This document shows positions 38,224 to 47,920 of a stretch of 64,000 bases of DNA, one piece after another. Source of the DNA: an uncultured Chloroflexia bacterium (GTDB lineage Bacteria > Chloroflexota > Limnocylindria > Limnocylindrales > CSP1-4). A program made the translations under genes and the position numbers. The stretch spans positions 45,586 through 109,585 of the forward strand of contig CAVPPB010000004.1 in assembly GCA_963707215.1 (NCBI GenBank), given 5' to 3'. The notes beneath the pieces were generated by a model that was given only the letters and a program-made list of their open reading frames with translations, was not told the DNA's origin and did not search any database. Positions within the stretch are counted from its first letter, which is position 1. Each line of letters opens with the position of its first letter.

Positions 38224-39346
38224 GTGGACGCGGCCAGCGTCCGCGACCTCCTGGGCCGGATCCGAGCGACCTCGGGGCGTCTTTGACCTCGGGGCCAAGG
38301 AGGCACGGCTCGACGAGCTCGAAGCCACGACGCAGGAGCCGGGCTTCTGGGATGACCAGCGCATCGCCCAGCGCGTCCTCCGGGAGGCCGACGGCTTCCG
38401 CACCGAGCTGAACACCTGGCGCGAGCTGCTGCGCCGGGCGGACGATCTCGAGGCCATGGTCGGGCTCCTCGACGAGGCCGACGACCCGGACCTCGCCGCC
38501 GAGCTCGATCGCGAGGGAACCTCCCTCGTCGACGACTTCGAGCGCGAGCGGACCGCCCTGCTGTTCTCCGGCGAGTACGACAGCCGGGGAGCCATCCTGT
38601 CGATCAGTGCCGGTGCGGGTGGGACGGAGGCGACCGACTGGGCCGAGATGCTCCTCCGGATGTACCTCCGTTGGGCAGAGCGCCATCGCTTCTCGACCGA
38701 GATCCTCGACCAGACGGAGGGCGAGGAGACGGGCCTTCGGAGCGTGACCGTGGAGATGTCCGGCCGCGGGGTCTACGGCTGGCTGCGCGCCGAGCGCGGG
38801 GTCCACCGGCTGGTCCGCATCAGCCCCTTCGACTCGCAGAAGCGTCGCCAGACCACGTTCGCCCTGGTGGAGGTCGTGCCGGAGGCAGAGGACGACGTCG
38901 AGATCGAGCTGGACTGGGACCAGATCCGGGTCGACACCTTCCGCAGCCAGGGGGCCGGCGGCCAGCATGTCAACAAGACGGACTCGGCCGTCCGTCTGAC
39001 CCACCTGCCGACCGGGATCGTGGCCCAGAGCCAGAACGAGCGGTCCCAGACCCAGAACCGCGAGATGGCGACCCGGGTGCTCAAGGCACGACTCCTGGAG
39101 CGGGCGCTCGAGGAGCGCGAGGCCGAGCTGCGGGCGATCAAGGGCGAGCACGTCACGGCCGGCTGGGGCAATCAGATCCGGAGCTACGTGCTCCACCCTT
39201 ACCAGATGGTCAAGGACCTTCGGACGTCGGTCGAGACGTCGGATACGACGAGGGTCCTCGACGGGGACCTCGACCGCTTCATGCAGGCCGAGCTCGAGCG
39301 GCAGGCCACCGGCACGCCGGTGGTGTCCGGCGCCGGGTCGGACTGA
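38224..39346 (+). CDS. prfB: Peptide chain release factor 2 with programmed +1 frameshift
   Basis: GTG at 38224, 20 codons ending CTT TGA C (38281-38287); +1 frame continues into the ORF with SPF and GGQ. Confidence 0.95.
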
Positions 39347-39386
39347 GCCTCCTCGACCGGACCGAGCTCGACGTGTCCGCCAGCGC

Positions 39387-40415
39387 ATGATCGACGACGA
39401 CGGCCCGGGCGGTGAGCACCGGGACCGACCCCGGTCCGACAGGGCTCACGGGCATACCCCGCCCCCTCGCTACCGGCCGGCGATCGAGGGCGACCTTGCC
39501 GCCTGCGCCCATGTCTGGCGGGAGAGCCTTGCCGACTACCTCGCGCCGCTCGGTCTCGACCACGGGCTGCCGTTCGATCTCGGCCCGATCCAGCGGCTCT
39601 TCGAGCACCTCCTGCGGACGGACCCGGAGCGTTTCTGGGTCGCGACCCGGGGCGACCTCGGCGGCGTGCAGGGCTCGGTCGGCGCCCGATCATGGGCGGG
39701 CGAGCGGATCGTCGGGTTCGCCTCCGCGAACATCCGCGGTCGGACCTGGTTCCTGGCGATGTTGTTCGTGGCCCCCGGTGAACAGGGTCGGGGCATCGGC
39801 CGGGCCCTTCTCGAGATGGTCATGGACGGGACGGATGGCCTGCTGTTGGGTACGGCCACGGATTCCGCCCAGCCGATCAGCAACGCGCTCTACGCCCGGG
39901 TCGGCATCGTGCCGCGCGTGCCGCTCCTGCATCTAGCCGGGATGATCGAGCATGACGGCGCCGTCCCCCAGCTCGACGACGGGATCACAGTGGAGCGGAT
40001 CGTCCAGCTGCCGGCCGACCGCGCCCGCGACTCTCTCGCGAACATCGATCGCGAGTTGCTCGGCTACGAGCACCCGGAGGATCACGCCTACCTTCGCGAG
40101 GACGGCCGGACCGGCTTCCTGTACGTGGATCCGTCGGGGCGTCCGGTCGGCTACGGGTACGCGACCTCCGTCGGGCGGGTGGGCCCGGTCGCGGCGCTCG
40201 ATGGCGCGTCGATGCCGGCGATCGTCGGGGACCTGCTCCGGCGCGTGCCCGCCAACGGGGCCCAGAGCCTGCGGGTGCCCGGCGACGCGGCCCCGGTCGT
40301 GACGATGCTGCTGCGGGCCGGCTTCCGCCTGGAGCCGTTCCCGATCCTGGTCGCCTTCTCCGAGCCGTATGCCGACCTTGCGCGCTACATCCCGATCTCG
40401 GCGGCGCTCCTCTGA
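39387..40415 (+). CDS. GNAT-family N-acetyltransferase
   Basis: LFVAPGEQGRGIGRALL acetyl-CoA motif; C-terminal GRVGPV domain. Confidence 0.85.
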   Translation: MIDDDGPGGEHRDRPRSDRAHGHTPPPRYRPAIEGDLAACAHVWRESLADYLAPLGLDHGLPFDLGPIQRLFEHLLRTDPERFWVATRGDLGGVQGSVGARSWAGERIVGFASANIRGRTWFLAMLFVAPGEQGRGIGRALLEMVMDGTDGLLLGTATDSAQPISNALYARVGIVPRVPLLHLAGMIEHDGAVPQLDDGITVERIVQLPADRARDSLANIDRELLGYEHPEDHAYLREDGRTGFLYVDPSGRPVGYGYATSVGRVGPVAALDGASMPAIVGDLLRRVPANGAQSLRVPGDAAPVVTMLLRAGFRLEPFPILVAFSEPYADLARYIPISAALL

Positions 40416-40590
40416 AGCCAAGGCGACGACCCGACCTCCGGCTGCGGGCACGGGAGCGGTCGCCTCGGATCGTGACCCCGGCGACCATGTGGTAGCCTCC
40501 GGGCGTCGTGGCTCGCCCGTCGTGCCCTCGGACGGGGATCGCAGCTCGACGCTGGCCCACCGGGCCGCGTCGCCGATAGCGGAGCCGTTC

Positions 40591-41367
40591 GTGACCCTGA
40601 CCGCCGCCCGTTCGACCTCGCGCGCGATGCGCGACCGCCTGATGGGCCGTCCCTCGACGCGGGCGGACGCGGACCGATCGGTCGTGCTGCTGCACGACGT
40701 GACGAAGATCTACCCGAACGGCAAGGTGGCCCTCCGCGACGTCGACCTGGCGATCCCCGAGGGCGACTTCGTGTTCCTCGTCGGGCCGAGCGGAGCCGGC
40801 AAGTCGACGCTCATCAAGCTGCTCATCCGAGATGAGCTGGCGACCCGCGGCTCGGTCTCGCTCGACGGCCAGGACCTCGGCAGGCTCCGGCGCCGGGCCG
40901 TCCCCCGGATCCGACGCAAGATCGGGATCGTCTTCCAGGACTTCAAGCTCCTCCCGACCAAGTCCGTCTGGGAGAACGTGGCCTTCGCGCTCGAGGTGAC
41001 CGGGACACCCGGTCGCCGCATCCGCCCGGCCGTCGACCGGGTGCTGTCGCTCGTGGGGCTGACCGCCCAAGCCCGCCAACTACCGTCGCAGCTGTCCGGG
41101 GGCGAGCAGCAGCGGACTGCCATCGCCCGTGCGCTGGTCCATGAGCCGCGCCTGGTCATCGCCGACGAGCCCACTGGAAACCTTGACCCCCTCATCAGCT
41201 GGGAGATCATCCAGCTCCTCCTGCGGATCAACGAGATGGGCGTGACGGTCCTGATGGCCACCCACGACGCGGAGGTCGTGACCGCCCTTCGGCGAAGGGT
41301 CGTGGCGCTCGAGGACGGCCGGATCGTCCGGGACGAGGTTGGCGGGGCGTATCACCGTGAGGACTGA
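40591..41367 (+). CDS. ftsE: Cell division ATP-binding protein FtsE
   Basis: GPSGAGKS, FQDFKLL, LSGGEQQR, ADEPTGNLD; upstream of ftsX. Confidence 0.95.
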   Translation: MTLTAARSTSRAMRDRLMGRPSTRADADRSVVLLHDVTKIYPNGKVALRDVDLAIPEGDFVFLVGPSGAGKSTLIKLLIRDELATRGSVSLDGQDLGRLRRRAVPRIRRKIGIVFQDFKLLPTKSVWENVAFALEVTGTPGRRIRPAVDRVLSLVGLTAQARQLPSQLSGGEQQRTAIARALVHEPRLVIADEPTGNLDPLISWEIIQLLLRINEMGVTVLMATHDAEVVTALRRRVVALEDGRIVRDEVGGAYHRED

Positions 41368-41373
41368 GCGCCC

Positions 41374-42258
41374 GTGATCCGGTTCGTCATCTTCAGCGCC
41401 AAGCGGGCCTGGCAGGGCTTCTGGCGCAACGCGCTCATGAGCCTGGCCGCGACGGCGACGATGGTCCTCATGCTGCTGCTGCTCTCCGGCTTCTGGATCG
41501 CCCAGACCGGCCTCCTGGCGGGGCTCGAGTTCGTGGAACAGAAGGTCGAGGTGGTCGCCGACCTTCGCGACGGCACGACCGCCACCGAGGCGGCCCGGAT
41601 CCGGGCCAGGCTGCTGGCCCGGCCGGAGGTCGACGACGTGACCTACGTCTCGCCGGAGGAGGCGCTCGCCCGCTTCCGTGAGCGGCTGTCCGAGCAGGGC
41701 GAGGAGGACCTGACCCAGTACCTCGACGACAACCCGCTGCGGGCGAGCCTCGAGGTCAAGCTCGTCGAGGCCCGGGACTTCGGCGACGTCATCGACCTCC
41801 TCGTGGCCGAGCCGGCCGTCGAATCGGTCAAGGACATCGCCGGGCTCGTCGAGCGGGTCCTGGCGGTCACCGACACGATGCGGACCGTCGGGCTGGCGGT
41901 CCTCATCGCCATCTCGATCATCGTGCTCTTCATCATCGTCAACACGATCCGCCTCGCCGTCCTGGCGCGGGCCGAGGAGATCGAGATCATGCGCCTGGTC
42001 GGAGCGTCGGACGCCTTCATCCGCTGGCCGTTCGTGGTCGAAGGAGCGATGGTCGGCCTCCTCGGCGCGGGCATCACCCTGGCCCTGCTGGCCGTCGCCG
42101 CCGACCCGATCTCGGACTTCATGTTCGGTTTCTTCAGGGTGTTGCCGCTCCAGCTCGGGTCGCTGGCTCGCGACCTCAGCGTCCTCGTGCTCGCGGCCGG
42201 TGTCGGGCTCGGCATCCTTGGCTCCTGGATCTCGGTCCGGACCTATCTGATCCGCTGA
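41374..42258 (+). CDS. ftsX: Cell division permease FtsX
   Basis: NPLRAS, NTIRLA, EIEIMRLVGA, PFVVEG. Confidence 0.95.
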   Translation: MIRFVIFSAKRAWQGFWRNALMSLAATATMVLMLLLLSGFWIAQTGLLAGLEFVEQKVEVVADLRDGTTATEAARIRARLLARPEVDDVTYVSPEEALARFRERLSEQGEEDLTQYLDDNPLRASLEVKLVEARDFGDVIDLLVAEPAVESVKDIAGLVERVLAVTDTMRTVGLAVLIAISIIVLFIIVNTIRLAVLARAEEIEIMRLVGASDAFIRWPFVVEGAMVGLLGAGITLALLAVAADPISDFMFGFFRVLPLQLGSLARDLSVLVLAAGVGLGILGSWISVRTYLIR

Positions 42259-42429
42259 GGTCGACCCGCCCGGCCCGGGGCCGGCGCCGGGCGCCGTCCC
42301 AAGATGCGGTGAAGAAGCGTTCACGGACGCCCCACCAAGGGGCCGTCGTTCGTAGCATCGACGGCGCTGATGTAGGCTGACGCCCCCGACCGGCTCACCG
42401 GCCCCGGGTCACGAAACGAACAGGAAGTC

Positions 42430-43971
42430 ATGCTCCCGAACGACCTCGGCCCCGACGGGGCCAACCGACCAAGCGACCAGGGCGACAGGGCCGGCCCCGA
42501 CCCTGCCCCCGTCGTCCCGGACAGCCAGACGATCCCGACCCCGGAGCCCGGGGCACCCGCCGAGTCGAGCCCCACAGCCCTGGCGAGCCCGGTCGGCCGG
42601 GCGACTCCGGGGGCCGCCATCCCGACAGGTCCCGGGGCGCCTACGCCGCCGGCCGAAGCACGGGGCTGGGCCACCCCGGGCGGCTGGAACCCACCGTCGG
42701 GGAACACGGGTGGCAACGGGCCGATGATCGCGATCGCAGCCGTCGCCCTGGCCGTCGTGGCCGCCCTGGCCGGTGCGGGCCTGTTCCTGTCCGGGTACTC
42801 GCTGGGGCGACTCGATGCGACGACCCCGGGCACGCCGGTGGACGAGGCAGAGCTGTTCCAGCCGTTCTGGGACGCCTACCACGACGTCACCGAGCGCTAC
42901 GCCGGCGGAGAGGTCGACCGCAAGGCGCTGGTGGAGGGGGCCATCAAGGGGATGATCGAGGCGCTCGGCGACCCCTACTCGTCGTACCTGACCTCGGACG
43001 AGTACAAGGAGAGCCTCGAGGGCATCAACGGCCAGTTCGAGGGTATCGGGGCGGAGATCGCGACCCAGGGCCCCGACGGTCAGCCGGGCGACTGCTCGAC
43101 GCTGGGGCCGGACTGCCGACTGGTCATCATCGCCCCGATCGCCGGCTCGCCGGCGGAGGCAGCCGGGCTCCTTGCCGGCGATGTCGTGCTGGCCGTCGAC
43201 GGCACCAGCCTCGACGGCGATTCGATCGACGATGCCCGCGACCGCATCCGCGGGCCCAAGGGGACCGAGGTCGTCCTGACCATCGAGCGGGACGGCCGGG
43301 AGCCATTCGGCCTGCCGATCACCCGGGACGTCATCCAGCAGCAGGAGGTCGAGACCCAGGACCTGGCCGCCGGCTCGGTCGGCTACATCCGGATCACCGG
43401 CTTCTCGTCGGACGCGTCGGCAGACGTGCGCGACGCGATCGAGGAGGACCTCGACGCCGGTCGGCGGTCCTTCATCCTCGACGTCCGCGGGAACCCCGGC
43501 GGCTTCGTGGATGCCGCACGGGACATCACCAGCCAGTTCATCAGCGACGGGGTGCTGTTCTGGCAGGAGGACAGCGAAGGCAGCCAGGTGGCGACCGAGG
43601 CCAAGGACGATGGCCTGGCGACCGATGAGTCGGTCGAGGTCGTCGTCCTGGTCGACCACGGCTCCGCCTCGGCGAGCGAGATCCTCGCCGGTGCCTTCCA
43701 GGACCGGGATCGTGGCCTCCTCGTCGGCCAGCAGACCTTCGGCAAGGGGACGGTCCAGCAGTGGACGACCCTCGAGGGCGACAGCGGCGCCTTCCGGCTC
43801 ACGATCGCCAAGTGGTTGACCCCGGACAAGCGCTGGATCCACCAGGTCGGGCTGACGCCCGACGTGGTCGTTGAGGAGACGCCGGACCCGGCGACCGGCT
43901 CCGATCCGGTGCTGGAGCGAGCCCTCGAGGTCCTCGACGAGGGTGACACTGCCCTGGCCGAGGCCGCCTGA
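42430..43971 (+). CDS. ctpA: S41 carboxyl-terminal (tail-specific) protease with PDZ domain
   Basis: DPYS, GIGA, LDVRGNPGG, SASASEI (Ser), TFGKG (Lys). Confidence 0.93.
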   Translation: MLPNDLGPDGANRPSDQGDRAGPDPAPVVPDSQTIPTPEPGAPAESSPTALASPVGRATPGAAIPTGPGAPTPPAEARGWATPGGWNPPSGNTGGNGPMIAIAAVALAVVAALAGAGLFLSGYSLGRLDATTPGTPVDEAELFQPFWDAYHDVTERYAGGEVDRKALVEGAIKGMIEALGDPYSSYLTSDEYKESLEGINGQFEGIGAEIATQGPDGQPGDCSTLGPDCRLVIIAPIAGSPAEAAGLLAGDVVLAVDGTSLDGDSIDDARDRIRGPKGTEVVLTIERDGREPFGLPITRDVIQQQEVETQDLAAGSVGYIRITGFSSDASADVRDAIEEDLDAGRRSFILDVRGNPGGFVDAARDITSQFISDGVLFWQEDSEGSQVATEAKDDGLATDESVEVVVLVDHGSASASEILAGAFQDRDRGLLVGQQTFGKGTVQQWTTLEGDSGAFRLTIAKWLTPDKRWIHQVGLTPDVVVEETPDPATGSDPVLERALEVLDEGDTALAEAA

Positions 43972-44021
43972 GCGTTCAGCCGCGGGATCGTGCCCTCCTC
44001 GACGTGGCCCCGAGGTGGGCC

Positions 44022-44050
44022 TTGCAGGGCGACCCGTCATCGGGTACGGT
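44022..44050 (+). promoter_or_regulatory. Sigma70-type promoter of the small unit upstream of smpB
   Basis: TTGCAG-N17-TACGGT. Confidence 0.55.
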
Positions 44051-44078
44051 TCGCCCGAACGAAAGGAGGTGATGTGCA

Positions 44079-44129
44079 GTGACCGATAGTCCGAGTCGCC
44101 GCACCACCTCGCAGGAGAGCGTCGCCTGA
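44079..44129 (+). CDS. Putative 16-aa small ORF MTDSPSRRTTSQESVA (or part of an sRNA)
   Basis: GAAAGGAGGTGAT at 44061-44073, GTG 8 nt after GGAGGT, stop TGA, then two hairpins. Confidence 0.5.
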   Translation: MTDSPSRRTTSQESVA

Positions 44130-44159
44130 CGATCTGACTGCGAGTTGGTAACGCAGTTC

Positions 44160-44189
44160 GAGCGCCGGTCCGCACGCGGGCCGGCGTTC
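44160..44189 (+). terminator. GC-rich hairpin closing the small unit
   Basis: GAGCGCCGGTCCG / CGGGCCGGCGTTC, 13-bp stem with two G-U pairs; no strong U-tract. Confidence 0.45.
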
Positions 44190-44250
44190 GTGCGCCCGGC
44201 GCCGCACCACCTCGAGCCCGCCGGCCACGACCGGTCGCACCCCATCCGAG

Positions 44251-44730
44251 ATGACCATCCAGACGGCCAGGGCCCCGCGGACGATCGCGGTCAACCGCAA
44301 GGCCCGCCACGACTACCACATCGAAGAGACGCTCGACGCAGGTCTCGTCCTCACCGGGACGGAGATCAAGTCGATCCGCGCGGGCAAGGTGAACCTGTCC
44401 GACGCCTATGCCCGGATCGACCGCGGGGAGGCCTGGTTGGTCGGCGCCCATATCGCCCCGTTCGAGAGCGGTAACCGAGCCAACCACGAGCCCAAGCGCG
44501 ACCGCAAGCTGCTCCTCCATCGGGGGGAGATCGACTTCCTCCTGGGGCGCACGAAGTCCAAGGGCCTGACCCTGGTCCCGCTGCGCCTCTACATCAGCGG
44601 ACGCGGTCATGCCAAGGTCGAGCTGGGCCTGGCCCGCGGCAAGCAGCTCCACGACAAGCGCCGGGCGATCGCCGAACGGGACGCCCAGCGCGAGGTGGCC
44701 CGCGAGATGGCCGACGCTCGCAGGCGGTAG
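44251..44730 (+). CDS. smpB: SsrA-binding protein
   Basis: NRKARHDY, LTGTEIKSIR, RKLLLH, GKQLHDKR. Confidence 0.97.
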   Translation: MTIQTARAPRTIAVNRKARHDYHIEETLDAGLVLTGTEIKSIRAGKVNLSDAYARIDRGEAWLVGAHIAPFESGNRANHEPKRDRKLLLHRGEIDFLLGRTKSKGLTLVPLRLYISGRGHAKVELGLARGKQLHDKRRAIAERDAQREVAREMADARRR

Positions 44731-44738
44731 GGGGCTCG

Positions 44739-45791
44739 GTGCGCTTCGCTCGGGCGCTCCAGGTCGTCGACGCCCATGCCGCCGGCGAGCCGGGCCGGGT
44801 CGTCGTCGGCGGGATCGTCGACGTGCCGGGGGCGACGATGGCGGACAAGATGGCCCACCTCCGCGACCACGCCGACCAGCTCCGGCGGCTGCTCCTCCGC
44901 GAGCCGCGCGGCTACCCGGCGATGTGCGCCAACGTCGTCCTGCCGCCGACCCACCCGGATGCGGACGCCGGCTTCGTGATCATGGAGCCGGTCGAGTATC
45001 CGGCGATGTCGGGGACGAACACGATCTGCGTCACGACGGTCCTCCTGGAGACCGGGATGCTGCCGTGTCGGGAGGGGCGCAACGAGCTGACGCTGGAAGC
45101 CCCGGCCGGCCTCATCCGGGTCCGGGCGGAGGTCCGGGACGGCAAGGTCGTCGCCGTCACCTTCCGGAACGTGCCGGCCTTCGCCGTCCACCTCGACGCG
45201 CCCGTCGAGGTCCCGACCCTGGGGACTGTCCCGGTCGACGTGGCCTGGGGTGGGATGTGGTACGTCATCGCCGAGGCCGAGCGCTTCGGCCTTCGCCTGA
45301 CCCCGGACGAGGGTCGCGACATCGTCCGCCTGACCGAGCTCATCAAGGCTGCCGCCCGCGAGCAGCTCCCGGTGGTCCACCCGGACGAGCCGGGCTTCGC
45401 CGGCATCTCGATCGGCCAGCTGTCGGGTCCCCCGCACGCCGCCTCGTCCGACCGTCGCAACGTCGTCACCGTGTCCACCCGGGAGGCGGATCTGGCTCGA
45501 CCGTCGACCTGGACCGGCGTCATCGACCGTTCGCCCTGCGGCACCGGGACCTGCGCCCGGATGGCGACCCTGCACGCCCGAGGACAGCTCGGGATCGGGC
45601 AGGGCTTCGTGCACGAGGGCGTCCTGGGAACGACGTTCACCGGCCGCCTGGTGGCCGAGACGACCGTGGGGCCATACCGGGCCGTCGTCCCCGAGATCAC
45701 CGGCACCGCCTGGATCACCGGGATGGCGACCCTCGTCGTCGACCCCACCGACCCCTACCCGGAGGGCTACACGGTCGGCGACCTCTGGTAG
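44739..45791 (+). CDS. Proline racemase-superfamily protein (Ser/Cys dyad)
   Basis: DAHAAGEPGR, EPRG, MSGTN (Ser where MCGH is usual), DRSPCGTGT. Confidence 0.88.
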   Translation: MRFARALQVVDAHAAGEPGRVVVGGIVDVPGATMADKMAHLRDHADQLRRLLLREPRGYPAMCANVVLPPTHPDADAGFVIMEPVEYPAMSGTNTICVTTVLLETGMLPCREGRNELTLEAPAGLIRVRAEVRDGKVVAVTFRNVPAFAVHLDAPVEVPTLGTVPVDVAWGGMWYVIAEAERFGLRLTPDEGRDIVRLTELIKAAAREQLPVVHPDEPGFAGISIGQLSGPPHAASSDRRNVVTVSTREADLARPSTWTGVIDRSPCGTGTCARMATLHARGQLGIGQGFVHEGVLGTTFTGRLVAETTVGPYRAVVPEITGTAWITGMATLVVDPTDPYPEGYTVGDLW

Positions 45792-45805
45792 CCGGGCGGG
45801 CGGTC

Positions 45806-47920
45806 TCAGCGCAGCAGGTAGCGACGGCTCAGGGGAACCTCCCCGACCGGCTCGACGGCCACTGGCTGATCATCGAGGGTGACGGTCCCATCGCCCGGGT
45901 CGACCTCCACGGCAGCGACCGAGCGGTTCTGGACCAGGGACGCCCGCGTCAGGCCACGACAGCCCCGCACCAGCTGCCACGATCGCCGCGAGCCAAGGCG
46001 GTGCGGAAGGCCGGCGTCGATCGCCGCCTCGGTCGCGAAGGTGACGGCGTTGACCGGCGCGACGCCCGACAGGCCGCCCCAATGCGGCCCGTAGACGGTC
46101 GGCTCGCTCCGCTCGAGCGACGCGTTGCCGTCGCCGAGCGCGCCCCAGGCCTGGTGACCACCCTTCAGGACGAGGGCCGGCTTCACGCCGAAGTGGGACG
46201 GCTGCCAGAGCACGATGTCGGCCAGGCGCCCGACCTGGAGTGACCCGACGTGGTCCGCGACGCCGTGGACCACGGCCGGCTCGATCGTGCACTTCGCCAG
46301 GTAGCGGAGCACGCGGGCCGTGTCGTCCGTGGGGTCATCGGTCTCGGGCGGCAGGCCTGGCAGGGTCGGCGGCCGGCCCGCGGGGGCACCCAGGCCTCGC
46401 CGCCAACGCTTCATGACGTGGGCCAGCTGGAGGGTCCGGCGAAGCGTCTCGCCGATCCGGCCCATGCCCTGCGAGTCGGAGTTCACGATGGCGATGGCAC
46501 CGACTTCGTGGAGCGGCCCCTCGGCTGCCATCGTCGCCGGGTGGATGCGCTCCCGAACGAGGTCGAGGTCACCGGGGACGCCCCATCCGCCGCCGTGGTT
46601 GAGCAGCGTCATCGCGACGTGCTCCATCGGAGCCGCCGGGCCGTACGGCACCGTCGGCGTGGTCGACGAGCAGAGGATCGACGGCTCGCGCACGAGCCCG
46701 ATCAGGTCCGGGACGTGACCGCCCCCGGTGCCCTCGACGTGATAGGCGTGGACGGTCCGGCCGGCGATCGCGGCGACGGTGTCCTCGAGCTCGGCGGACT
46801 CGTGGAGCCCGTCAGTGTGCAGGGCGACTGCGATGTCATGGTCGTCGGCGAAGCCGAGGACCGCGTCGATCAACTCCGGGTAGGCGCCGTAGTCCTCGTG
46901 GATCTTGAGCCCGATCGCCCCGGCGGCCAGGAGGGTCTCCAGCCCGGCCGGGTCCTCGTCGCGGGCGCCCGCCTGGAGCCCCAGGTTGACCGGCCAGTCG
47001 TCGACCGCCCGGAGGGTCCGCTCCATCGCCCACGGTGGCTCCTCGAAGCCGGCCGTGATCAGCGTTGTGACGCCGGCGGCCAGGGCGACCGGCAGGAGCC
47101 GGGGAGTGATGAGGTGGACGTGCGAATCCACGACGCCCGGGGTCGCGATGAGACCGTAGGCCATGATCGGCTCGGTATGCGGCCCGACCACGAGGTCGAT
47201 GCCGTCGCTGATCGCCGGGTTGCCGGCGGCGCCGATCCCGACGATCCGGCCGTCCTTGATCCCGATGTCGGCCTTGACCGCGCCCACGACCGGATCCAGG
47301 ACGACCGCTCCGGCGATGAGGATGTCGAGCTCTGACGGCAGCGTCGTCCGATCGCCCTGGGCCATCCTCGAGCGGAGGTTCTTGCCATACCCCCAGATGG
47401 GCTCGTCGCCGACCGCCGTTCGGTCCTCGGCCACCCGGATCCACAGGTCCGTGTCGCCGAGGCGGATCCGATCGTCGCGGGTCGGGCCATATCGGGCGAG
47501 GCGCTCCTCGGCGGACAGGCGCCGGGTGGGCCCAGGCCGGGGCGGCGCGGTCGACTCGCCCCCTTTGCCTCCGCCGGGGGTTCCGACCCGGTGCTCCGCG
47601 GTCGACCCCGCGTACGGCACCAGATCCACCTCGCGGGTCTCGCCGGGGCCCCAGCGGATCGACGCGCCGGCCGGCAGGTCGAGACGATGGCCGGCCGCCG
47701 CGGTGCGATCGAACGATAGTCGCGCATTGGACCGCTCGAACGGGTAGTGGCTCGAGACCCGGATCGCCCGACGGGATCCGTTGGTGACCACGAGCCGGAT
47801 CCGGGGCGGTGCCACGGCACCGATGTGGCGCTGGACCGCTCCGCCCGGGCGGATCTCACCGGGCACCAGCACGTCCGCATGGTGATCGAGCCCGTCGCTC
47901 GAGGTGAGGCGCGGGGTCAC
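45806..47920 (-). CDS. Urease-like beta-alpha subunit fusion (divergent amidohydrolase)
   Basis: GTG overlaps the ureA stop; UreB-like (VSSHYPF...RLDLPAG) then UreC-like (YGPT..D.IRLGDT, DSHVH, GLKIHED, HTD, YHVEG.GGGH.PD, SDSQGMGR). Confidence 0.88.
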   Translation of the reverse strand: MTPRLTSSDGLDHHADVLVPGEIRPGGAVQRHIGAVAPPRIRLVVTNGSRRAIRVSSHYPFERSNARLSFDRTAAAGHRLDLPAGASIRWGPGETREVDLVPYAGSTAEHRVGTPGGGKGGESTAPPRPGPTRRLSAEERLARYGPTRDDRIRLGDTDLWIRVAEDRTAVGDEPIWGYGKNLRSRMAQGDRTTLPSELDILIAGAVVLDPVVGAVKADIGIKDGRIVGIGAAGNPAISDGIDLVVGPHTEPIMAYGLIATPGVVDSHVHLITPRLLPVALAAGVTTLITAGFEEPPWAMERTLRAVDDWPVNLGLQAGARDEDPAGLETLLAAGAIGLKIHEDYGAYPELIDAVLGFADDHDIAVALHTDGLHESAELEDTVAAIAGRTVHAYHVEGTGGGHVPDLIGLVREPSILCSSTTPTVPYGPAAPMEHVAMTLLNHGGGWGVPGDLDLVRERIHPATMAAEGPLHEVGAIAIVNSDSQGMGRIGETLRRTLQLAHVMKRWRRGLGAPAGRPPTLPGLPPETDDPTDDTARVLRYLAKCTIEPAVVHGVADHVGSLQVGRLADIVLWQPSHFGVKPALVLKGGHQAWGALGDGNASLERSEPTVYGPHWGGLSGVAPVNAVTFATEAAIDAGLPHRLGSRRSWQLVRGCRGLTRASLVQNRSVAAVEVDPGDGTVTLDDQPVAVEPVGEVPLSRRYLLR

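Noticed and set aside
42259-42429. Structured RNA between ftsX and ctpA
   Set aside because: Only short hairpins that could arise by chance at this GC content; no recognisable motif
44061-44073. Fragment of a 16S rRNA gene on the minus strand
   Set aside because: The match is only 13 nt with no further rRNA sequence; better explained as an SD
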